DNA from: a virus
Lineage: Duplodnaviria; Caudoviricetes
Virus record (IMG/VR): IMGVR_UViG_3300028298_000008
Coordinates: 1 to 62,634 of that record
DNA: 62,634 nt
Strand: one strand, 5' to 3'
The notes beneath the pieces were generated by a model. That model was given only the letters and a program-made list of their open reading frames with translations, searched no databases and had not been told where the DNA came from. The translations under genes were made by a program, and so were the position numbers. This document shows positions 54,996-62,634 of this stretch, in pieces. Each line of letters starts with the position of its first letter. Position 1 is the first letter of the stretch.

Positions 54996-55045
54996 TTACG
55001 TTTCCTCCTATTCTTAAAAATTATTTTTACTATGAACAGACATTC

Positions 55046-56584
55046 TCACTGCTCCTTGCCTGATGGCGGAACTGAAAATATCTTTTTCATCTCTTGATTA
55101 ATGTCCGCAACAAATTCCTTAACATAAGAAACAGCTTCTTCGTTTGCTTCCTCTGTACCAAGACCAAGCGATAAACGAATTCCATCTGACATCTCCTTCA
55201 GTTTTTCAGGACTGACGGTGTCTTCAATGTCCTCTTCCTCTGCCTCCACAGAAGAGTCCCCTTCTTTTGGAATAATCACAGGGGTTTCTTCTTCTGCCAG
55301 GTCTGTTTCCTTTTTCTCATCGGCTGGTATTAATGTTACAGGGGTTTCTTTCTGCACAGAAAGAGCATTGACCCCATCCCGAATCTCAATCAACATGTCT
55401 TTCAAGTCCCGAAGGAAGGTCTTGTCAACGTAGACAATCATTTCCAACTCATGACTATCTTCAAAACTCAGGGCTGCCCCTTCCTCATCAAAATCAACGT
55501 AATTGGTTTCCCAGATGACATCCACTTCCTTAATAGGATGATCTTTGTACCACTTCTTCGCTTCCGCCATCGTCCATCCATCAGCTTTCGGAAAACGTAA
55601 AGACTGGATCGCCCATTCGTCTTTGCCTTTATATTTCCCGTAAATGCCATTGACTCTCGGCTTCGTTTTCTTGAGGGAAGTATAACGAAATTTTTCGAAC
55701 AAAGATGGGTCTTTCAAACGGTGACGAATTTCCTTTTCTGTCTCCTCCCATTTCTTTGCCTCAATTTCTAATGCCTCCAACTGCTCTGGAGTAAGGGCTA
55801 CTTCTTCCTGTGGGTCCGATTCTTTTCCAGGACCAGGACGTTCCACTCTTCGCATCTCTCCACCACATTTTGGGCATTTGATATCCGAACAATGCTTGGC
55901 AGATTCCACCTTATGGCTGCATTTAATACACTCGCAACTGAATTTTTCTTTGTTCTCTTCTTCTTCAGCCACTTTCTCCAAAATAAGTGTTTCAATATCC
56001 TCAAGCTCTTTAAGGAAAGGATCATCCGGATTCAATTCCTTCAAAAACAACTGAATCTCCTCCTCCATCTCTTTTGACACCACACCAGAGTCAAAGCTTC
56101 TCTGCAATGCCGATGGGTTAGCCGGAATCAGAACCTGACTTGTCTCCAACAATTCAATTTCTGTGTAATCGCATCGACTACCATCATGCTTCTTTGATTC
56201 CTCGTCATTATGCTCGACATAAGAAACAGGGATAAAACCGATGCTGAACGCAGCGATTCCTTTCTCGGCAAGCTTCCAGCCCCAATCCGCTTCTGGATTT
56301 CCTTCACCAACATACCATTTGGGACGAGCAACCACCTCATTCCCCTCGATCTTGATTTTTTCAAACTCACCGATCTGATTCATCAGACCACGATAAGCAT
56401 GAGAAGAAAGCAAAACAGGGTGCTCCATAAAAGACTTGATTGTTTTCTTAAAAGAAGAAGCCAAGACTCGCTCGCCGTGCCTGTCCAATACTTCACTGGA
56501 AATCACAACCTCCGCTGTGTATTTCGTAGGGTCGATACTCCTCACTTTAGCCTTGAAATATTTAATTTTCTTGTTGGCTGGCAT
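55046..56584 (-). CDS. prohead protease (HK97 type) with zinc ribbon and acidic scaffold-like extension
   Basis: LDRHGERV, PVLLSSH, AFSIGF (catalytic Ser), ELLETSQVLIPANPSA. Confidence 0.9.
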   Translation of the reverse strand: MPANKKIKYFKAKVRSIDPTKYTAEVVISSEVLDRHGERVLASSFKKTIKSFMEHPVLLSSHAYRGLMNQIGEFEKIKIEGNEVVARPKWYVGEGNPEADWGWKLAEKGIAAFSIGFIPVSYVEHNDEESKKHDGSRCDYTEIELLETSQVLIPANPSALQRSFDSGVVSKEMEEEIQLFLKELNPDDPFLKELEDIETLILEKVAEEEENKEKFSCECIKCSHKVESAKHCSDIKCPKCGGEMRRVERPGPGKESDPQEEVALTPEQLEALEIEAKKWEETEKEIRHRLKDPSLFEKFRYTSLKKTKPRVNGIYGKYKGKDEWAIQSLRFPKADGWTMAEAKKWYKDHPIKEVDVIWETNYVDFDEEGAALSFEDSHELEMIVYVDKTFLRDLKDMLIEIRDGVNALSVQKETPVTLIPADEKKETDLAEEETPVIIPKEGDSSVEAEEEDIEDTVSPEKLKEMSDGIRLSLGLGTEEANEEAVSYVKEFVADINQEMKKIFSVPPSGKEQ

Positions 56585-56605
56585 ATTCTTTACCTCCCGT
56601 CCTGT

Positions 56606-56839
56606 TTATTTAATCTTTTTAAAACCTAAGCACTTGCCATCAGCGTCAAGGTGAACATCCATACAACCACATTGATAAACCCCAGGCATCGGGCTTACAT
56701 TGAATGCACACTCGCCATTGTCGCACGTCAATCCGACCTTCCTTAACAAGCACCCGTTTTCCGTCCATTTTTTACATTCCTTAGCTTCACAGAAGTATCT
56801 TCCTTCAGCCTTCTTCCAAGTAACTTTTGATTTACTCAT
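56606..56839 (-). CDS. small Cys-rich protein
   Basis: Eight Cys in two similar halves; AGGAG RBS, ATGA overlap with the portal stop. Confidence 0.6.
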   Translation of the reverse strand: MSKSKVTWKKAEGRYFCEAKECKKWTENGCLLRKVGLTCDNGECAFNVSPMPGVYQCGCMDVHLDADGKCLGFKKIK

Positions 56840-59800
56840 ATCACTAACTCCTTTTGCAATAGATAAACGACTACACTATGAATGTGAGTGCCATTTTCAT
56901 CCTTATCCTTAGTTTCAAAGCGCCACTTATCTCGCACTTCTAAAGAATTCTTCTTATACAACTCCTCAATTTCACTGATTTTGAAATTGATCTCCGTTCT
57001 GTCCTCCTCCCCACCAGGAGTATAATATGTCGTTTTGATGTAAAGGTAAAGCAGAGACATTCCTTTATTCTTTAATACCCTGCTCACCTCTTTAATACTT
57101 GCATCCATTTTAGTGGAATGAAGAACGGACAAAGAATAAACGAGATCAAAAGTATTTCTTCCAAAGCGTAAAGCTTCCGCATCCCCAACTTCAAAGGAAA
57201 CATTCTTCAGTTTGTTATTCCCTTTAGCAATTTCCACTGCTTCAGGCGACAAATCAATTCCAATGACATTATAACCCTGTTCCCCAAAGAAAATAGAGTC
57301 CCGACCATTACCACATCCTATATCAAGAACATTGGAGATGGTGGTATTCATCATTTCTGCTTTCACTGCCGCTTTTGCAAGAGGGGAAGGATTCAAACTT
57401 GTTGCCCAATGAGGGTCATTCTTCCAAGCCTCAATCCAATCGTCTCTCGACATATCCTGTTTCGTAATAGCGAGAGCAGTGTTAATCTCTTTCCTTGCTC
57501 TTTCCATTTCAATGTTCCTGCCAAAATAAAAAGCTGTGTCAACTTCGTTCTCTGCTACAGTATAACTTTTCTGCGTCAAGTAATTATATATCTCCCGTAC
57601 CTTCTCAGCAAAAACCTCTTTATCATTACCATTTTTACTCTTAAATTGCTCAAAAGCATCTATTAAATTGCCTATTAGGGCTTTAAAATTGCTTACTACA
57701 AACGAGGTTTTTGCATCAATAAAACGGGCAATTTCTGCGTCGTTGCCATTTGAAGGCTGTTCTGAGCTTGCGCCTATCTCATTCCAAACAGAATATTGTC
57801 CTCTGTAGACAGCAGTGAAGAAAACTTCCTTTAATTCTCGCTGAAGTTTACCATAACACTTCTCAGATCGATCAATATCCCTATCTTCATATACTGCCTC
57901 AAGAGCATCCTTTCTCTGATTAAAAAGCAATGTCTTAATCTTTGCTTTAAACTCCTTTTCGATTGGTTGTTTATATATTTGATAAGGATTGTTTTCGATC
58001 ATTGGGGTTTTTACCATCTCAATTACTTTCTTTGATTCTTCTTTCGGAGCTTCTGGTTTGTCCTTCCCTGGAGCTTGGTTCTGTGCTCCACCATGAGCCA
58101 TAATATAAGCATAAGAAGAATAACCTCCAGGAATGAAGGCGTCATTGCCCCATTTTACGTCCTGCATACCAAGCTGAAGTCTTTTGTTTATCATATTGAT
58201 TGGCCAACCCATACTCCACATAAGTTTGGCAGTAACCACCTTATCCTTATAATTCTCCTGCAATGCTCCGACAGTGGCAAGATCAAACTCACCCCAAATT
58301 CTCCCCTTGCCTCTGCGGACACCTATCCTGGAGAAGAACTTCGCCCAAAGCACTTCTTCAAAATAAGTAACCTTCGGCATCAAGCACTCTTCCCAAAACG
58401 CCTTGTGTGCTGCCTTTGATCCTTCATAGGACTTCACGTCCTTAAAAAGCCCCAATACGACTTCGTTCACACTGTAGGCGGCAAAGATTTCCTCACGGGA
58501 CATCTTCTTGCCATCGATAAATTCCATGTCCCGCTGACCAAGCCTGCTTTCTGTGATCTTTGCTCCACCTTCTGCAATAACAATCCTATGCGCCTTCTTT
58601 GATCCTTTATGCCTATCTTCAAACTGCTTCAACATCCTATCATAACTATCATCATTCAACTCTTCCGGTACAGTGATATTCAAAGATGTGACCGCCCCAT
58701 TCTCGAAGAATACCTTATTATACATCGATGCATGATAATCTGACTCTACGCTTAACTTGGATGCTTCGAGTGGGGATAATCCTCGTAAATCATTGTATGG
58801 ATTAAACATTTTGAAATGGATGATTTGGCTCAGAGGGAATATTACTTCTATTTTCCCCGAGTATTTCCAACCCAACAACCAATTTGTTTTTATATCTATC
58901 ACAGGCTCAAAGCGGGAAGGTGGAAATGTCCATATCTCTTTAGGTATCTGGGAAACATCGTCTCGTCCTTCAAGAATCCAAAAGGCTTCACCAGCCATTT
59001 CATAGAAACCGAAAGTGGCCTCAATCAACTTACTCAAGGTCATCAGAGGATTTGGATTTTGAAAAAGTTCGTAAATTGGTCCTTCTTCAACTCTCTTTGG
59101 CTCAATATCGTCTCCAGCGTCTTTGCGAATGATAAAAGGAACTCTTGCTATGTTTGACATGATGGCATTGATGCAATTATGAGTGGCAACACCAAATGCC
59201 AAATAAGAATGCTCCTTCCTCACCTCCAAATTAAAAACAGGTAGGTTGTTGACCTTCTCATATCCAATTTTATTAACTGGAAACTTTGCATATCCTTTTT
59301 CTATAGCACAAATACTTTTACCAGCATTCCACGAACCCTTCTCCTTCTTCCAAAGCATGTTTTTAAAAATCAAATTTGCCCTTCGTTTATAACCCCCACC
59401 AATTCTTAATCGGAAACTATCACGACAATCACACATTTGGTTAATTACCCAACGTCTACAACCTTCTTTTTTAAAAACATAAGGAACAATCCCTTGTCGC
59501 AACAGCAAAAATCTTAATCCTTCAACAAGAGAAGGGGAAATTGTATCAAGATTAAAATCACCATTAGGACTTTCACAACCATCCCCCCTCCAAAACCCCC
59601 TCAAGAGGAACATTGTTTTTTCAATTGGGAGTTTAGCAACCCAATCAGGTATCTTCTTATAAGATGCCCCGGTTCCAAACAAAAGGAAAAAGTCACTGGC
59701 TATTCTTGAATTAAAAAGAACGGAAACCCTTCCCTCAGAAGGTGCTTCCAAAGAATGACTAATACCAAAACACTTTTGCATCAAGGATTTAGTCTCATCA

Positions 59801-60504
59801 ACAAAGAAACGCTCCTCAATAGAAAAGGTAAATTGCACTGTGCTGGGAAAAACTCGACCAGGACCACACTTCTTAACTCGTACATTTCCTTCGGCCAAAT
59901 AATACCCTATCAACAATAATAGATCATTATTAACAAGGACCTCCTGTTCATGTTTTTTATATTTATCCTTCCTTCCTTTATTCTCAACTTTGACAACCCA
60001 TTTCTCCTTGTCCTCTATAATATCAATAACAGGTGTTAGTAAATAATCACCAATCTGAATGTCCTTAGTCTCTACCCATTGCCTGCCTCCGTCCCGCTCC
60101 ACATAAAATGGATGCTCTGAAGTAGCTTGAATAGGAGGAAGGCCATTGCATTTCAAACTAAACAATTTACCAGTATAATCTAAAATTTTTACCTCGATCA
60201 CTTCATCCTGCTTACCAAGATGATTGTAAACAACATCTCCAACTTCCATATCTTCAATGTTACAAACACCATTATCAGTTAATATCGGTGTGCCTGCCGG
60301 AAAGCAAGCATACACCCAAACAGACTGTTTGTAAGGCTGCTGCACTACAGCAGAATAAGGACCAAGCAGTTCTCTCAAGGAGCGAAAAATACGGTGATCA
60401 TCAATGAGAGGACCAACAACACCCTTCATAGCATGTCTCTGCTGACGAGAATATTCCCACGACAACAGATTGTAACCAACTTTACCAACCAACTTCTCAA
60501 ACAT
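56836..60504 (-). CDS. portal protein (HK97 family) with intein, minor-head-like region and C-terminal class I SAM methyltransferase
   Basis: WVYA|CINAIMSNIARVP, GEAFW, IIHFK...GLSPL, FFENGA, DMEFI, INMIN; C-terminal VLDIGCGNGRD...GIDLS...GDAEAL...FDLVYSLSVLH...RVLKNKG. Start may instead be 60519. Confidence 0.92.
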   Translation of the reverse strand: MFEKLVGKVGYNLLSWEYSRQQRHAMKGVVGPLIDDHRIFRSLRELLGPYSAVVQQPYKQSVWVYACFPAGTPILTDNGVCNIEDMEVGDVVYNHLGKQDEVIEVKILDYTGKLFSLKCNGLPPIQATSEHPFYVERDGGRQWVETKDIQIGDYLLTPVIDIIEDKEKWVVKVENKGRKDKYKKHEQEVLVNNDLLLLIGYYLAEGNVRVKKCGPGRVFPSTVQFTFSIEERFFVDETKSLMQKCFGISHSLEAPSEGRVSVLFNSRIASDFFLLFGTGASYKKIPDWVAKLPIEKTMFLLRGFWRGDGCESPNGDFNLDTISPSLVEGLRFLLLRQGIVPYVFKKEGCRRWVINQMCDCRDSFRLRIGGGYKRRANLIFKNMLWKKEKGSWNAGKSICAIEKGYAKFPVNKIGYEKVNNLPVFNLEVRKEHSYLAFGVATHNCINAIMSNIARVPFIIRKDAGDDIEPKRVEEGPIYELFQNPNPLMTLSKLIEATFGFYEMAGEAFWILEGRDDVSQIPKEIWTFPPSRFEPVIDIKTNWLLGWKYSGKIEVIFPLSQIIHFKMFNPYNDLRGLSPLEASKLSVESDYHASMYNKVFFENGAVTSLNITVPEELNDDSYDRMLKQFEDRHKGSKKAHRIVIAEGGAKITESRLGQRDMEFIDGKKMSREEIFAAYSVNEVVLGLFKDVKSYEGSKAAHKAFWEECLMPKVTYFEEVLWAKFFSRIGVRRGKGRIWGEFDLATVGALQENYKDKVVTAKLMWSMGWPINMINKRLQLGMQDVKWGNDAFIPGGYSSYAYIMAHGGAQNQAPGKDKPEAPKEESKKVIEMVKTPMIENNPYQIYKQPIEKEFKAKIKTLLFNQRKDALEAVYEDRDIDRSEKCYGKLQRELKEVFFTAVYRGQYSVWNEIGASSEQPSNGNDAEIARFIDAKTSFVVSNFKALIGNLIDAFEQFKSKNGNDKEVFAEKVREIYNYLTQKSYTVAENEVDTAFYFGRNIEMERARKEINTALAITKQDMSRDDWIEAWKNDPHWATSLNPSPLAKAAVKAEMMNTTISNVLDIGCGNGRDSIFFGEQGYNVIGIDLSPEAVEIAKGNNKLKNVSFEVGDAEALRFGRNTFDLVYSLSVLHSTKMDASIKEVSRVLKNKGMSLLYLYIKTTYYTPGGEEDRTEINFKISEIEELYKKNSLEVRDKWRFETKDKDENGTHIHSVVVYLLQKELVI
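59176..60306 (-). mobile_element. intein with LAGLIDADG homing endonuclease (377 aa) in the portal protein
   Basis: CFPAGTPI, TSEHPF, LIGYYLAEGN, FWRGDG, VFNLEV...SYLAFGVATHN followed by Cys+1. Confidence 0.95.
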
Positions 60505-60515
60505 GCTCTCTCCTC

Positions 60516-61799
60516 TCATATCACCCGTATACGAACACCGGCCGCCCCTTTAGTTGAATTGTGTATAGCATATCTTTTCGCATCCATCAAGTGATTTGCC
60601 CAATCGATAGGAATATCAAGAACATTGCCATTCTTATCCTTCCGCCAAGAATAACTCCGATGCTCAGAGATGAGATCAACACTACCACTATAAATATGGC
60701 AAACCATTCTCTTAACAGAATCAATCCCAACCTGAATTATCTTATGGGCGGCCTTGGCATTGAACCCCGCTCTTCGGATCTCTTCGATTCTATCAGGTTC
60801 AGCAGAATCCGCCCATATTATACGAGAACGTCTGAACTCCTTTGGAATCAAACTTTGCAGCTTTAAGATCAAGTCTGAGTTGGTGAGATTCTTGTGATAC
60901 AACAACTGCTCTTCCCAGCATTCCTTCCCTTTGATGTATTCCTTAATGAGAGCAGTCGGCATATTATAACCAAAGTCAAGACCATAAGCGATCTTGTCAA
61001 CGGCTCCTTCATCAGGCAGCCAGTCTACAATATCCCAGTTCTTGTAGATCAAATTCTCAAGCCGCCCCCAATTGCCCAGCGTGAAGATATTATACAACGA
61101 AGGATCCTGCGTCTCAAGATCGAGAAGCATCTGCACGTAGTCTTCTGGCAGGAATGGATTGTCTTTGTAGTTAGATATTATTTCTTCTGCATGAATGGTT
61201 GGATCGTCTACAATCTTCGTCTTGATCCAGTGATGCTCATCAATTGGGTTGAAGCTAAGGAATATCTGATTGCGAAGACCGTCTCTCGAAGGCTCCCTAA
61301 CGCAGAAACGAATGTCCTGGAAGGAATCATAATCTATTTCAGTAGCTTCTTCAATCCAGACATAGTTCCAGTTAGAGGATCGAATCTTAGCGGCGTCGTC
61401 AACAGAACCATAATGAAGCAAAGAGCCATTGTAATACCAATTCAGATGAACCTTCTCTTCAATGATCCTATCCCTGACACCATATTCCATAGCGAGATCA
61501 TTCATCAGAGGGTACACTGACTGGCGCAGGGATGGCAGAGACTTACGAAGTATGAGTATTTTCTTCCTCTCCTCAGTGAAGAACTTATAATGCATGAGCT
61601 GGGCTAAACTATGGGATTTGCTCGAACCTCTTCCCCCGCGGTCAATGACAATAGGCGCCTTTGATGCCTGGTTCCTGAAGAAAATGTCGGTAGCGACAAA
61701 AGAAAGCTCCCGCTCCTCAGGATTCTCATCATGCAATAACTCGTGCAAGTAATCCTCAGTCTGCGCCTGAGCTTGAGCGACCTTACTCCGTCGTGCCAT
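60516..61799 (-). CDS. terL: terminase large subunit (PBSX/SPP1-like)
   Basis: Walker A GGRGSSKS, Walker B VWIEEATE, SFNP, YKDNPFL, nuclease GLDFGY, ADSAEP, NHLMDA. Confidence 0.95.
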   Translation of the reverse strand: MARRSKVAQAQAQTEDYLHELLHDENPEERELSFVATDIFFRNQASKAPIVIDRGGRGSSKSHSLAQLMHYKFFTEERKKILILRKSLPSLRQSVYPLMNDLAMEYGVRDRIIEEKVHLNWYYNGSLLHYGSVDDAAKIRSSNWNYVWIEEATEIDYDSFQDIRFCVREPSRDGLRNQIFLSFNPIDEHHWIKTKIVDDPTIHAEEIISNYKDNPFLPEDYVQMLLDLETQDPSLYNIFTLGNWGRLENLIYKNWDIVDWLPDEGAVDKIAYGLDFGYNMPTALIKEYIKGKECWEEQLLYHKNLTNSDLILKLQSLIPKEFRRSRIIWADSAEPDRIEEIRRAGFNAKAAHKIIQVGIDSVKRMVCHIYSGSVDLISEHRSYSWRKDKNGNVLDIPIDWANHLMDAKRYAIHNSTKGAAGVRIRVI

Positions 61800-62412
61800 C
61801 AGCAACCTTCCTCTTAAACTCTAAAACGGTCTTCTGAGCACCCATCTTCTTCCGAGTAGCCGCATCCGCTTTAGAAGCAGGAATGATCCTTATCTTAACA
61901 GGAGCTTTCCTTGACGAAGCAACCGGGGCTTCCATCCAACCACGAGATTTCCCTAAACACTTCAGCATGAAAATCATAGCAACCGTATCCTGTTTATTAC
62001 GAATCTTGTCCATCAAATGACATTCCACCTCATCGATAAGAGCCTCCCGAAACTCTTCAAACATCTTTGACAGAGAAGGATACTTACGCAATACATTCTT
62101 CACGTGATAGACAGACAAGGATAACTTACGAGCAATGTTCGTAATCAGCCCTCCAGAAGTCCAGATAGCTTCCTCAACATTCCCATAAGTAATCTCGCCA
62201 AACACCTTCTTAGTGCGAGACACCTTGGCTCCCTTGGTAGAAGTGGCAGCTTCCCACATCGACAAGTCTCTGTCTGCATTATAATTAGTAAGAGTTGTAA
62301 TATCTGCTATGATTGGTTTTGTAGGAGGAATCTCTGGGGTGGGAATTCTGCTCTTCCTTTCAGGAGTTGGCACACTCTCTTCCTTATTATCACGTGATAC
62401 AAGCCGAGCCAT
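61783..62412 (-). CDS. terminase small subunit
   Basis: HTH-like GGLITNIARKL, IDEVECHL...AMIFMLKCLGKSRGW; directly upstream of terL; GGAGGTG RBS. Confidence 0.8.
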   Translation of the reverse strand: MARLVSRDNKEESVPTPERKSRIPTPEIPPTKPIIADITTLTNYNADRDLSMWEAATSTKGAKVSRTKKVFGEITYGNVEEAIWTSGGLITNIARKLSLSVYHVKNVLRKYPSLSKMFEEFREALIDEVECHLMDKIRNKQDTVAMIFMLKCLGKSRGWMEAPVASSRKAPVKIRIIPASKADAATRKKMGAQKTVLEFKRKVADGTTE

Positions 62413-62439
62413 GAGCATCACCTCCATTACTACATTCGA

Positions 62440-62480
62440 CCACTAACACTCCAAAAACATTCTGTCAAGAATTATTTTTA
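62440..62480 (-). promoter_or_regulatory. possible sigma70-type promoter of the late operon
   Basis: Perfect TTGACA (62468-62463) with an AT-rich upstream element; -10 at 17 bp spacing is only TG-T-TAGTGG. Confidence 0.35.
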
Positions 62481-62509
62481 ATGCATGTGATTAATGTGGG
62501 AAGATGGAA

Positions 62510-62551
62510 GGGTTAAACTGGATGGATTAAGCTGGATGGATTAAACTGGGT
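62510..62551. repeat. three tandem 14-bp direct repeats
   Basis: GGGTTAAACTGGAT GGATTAAGCTGGAT GGATTAAACTGGGT. Confidence 0.8.
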
Positions 62552-62634
62552 TATATGATGTGTATATGTAATTACATTGTAATGACGTATGGGTTAGACC
62601 CATAAATTATAGAGGTATACTTCTATAGACGTGA

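Noticed and set aside
60894-61520. 208-aa plus-strand ORF
   Set aside because: Antisense shadow of the terminase large subunit.
1-62634. Stop-codon reassignment, CRISPR array, integrase or host genes
   Set aside because: Genes are intact in the standard code and end in TAA, TGA and TAG. No repeat-spacer array, integrase or clearly cellular flank was seen, so prophage versus free phage cannot be decided.

Overview
The window is a fragment of a large tailed dsDNA phage with a lambda/HK97-like siphovirus architecture and two convergent arms that meet near 29.95-30.03 kb. The + arm (1-29952) starts with recombination/repair genes: the C-terminus of a probable SSB, RecA, a 5'-3' exonuclease, an Mre11 with a split Rad50, and a resolvase. 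Small accessory ORFs, a tRNA-like element and a DnaJ protein follow. Next is a ~17.5 kb cluster (10947-28430) of soluble glycan-building and tailoring enzymes: a GT4-GT9 fusion, a GT2, two GT-A-like proteins, four methyltransferases, a sulfotransferase-like protein, a DegT aminotransferase, WbqC, a GNAT and three radical SAM enzymes. Three HNH endonucleases and an intein interrupt this cluster. The - arm (62412 down to 30028) encodes the terminases, an intein-containing portal fused to a SAM methyltransferase, protease, major capsid, decoration, neck, tail tube, frameshifted tail chaperones, tape measure, lambda M/L/K/J-like tail tip, accessory tail proteins and lysis genes. The most interesting signal is a Ser-Gly-Glu (SGE) tripeptide that recurs, with varied codons, in small virion proteins. 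It occurs six times in 37251-37982 and not at all in that protein's neighbouring paralog. Together with the glycan cluster this suggests a phage-encoded, sequon-directed virion glycosylation system; this is a hypothesis and is not proven. All family assignments come from recognising motifs by eye, and no database searches were run.
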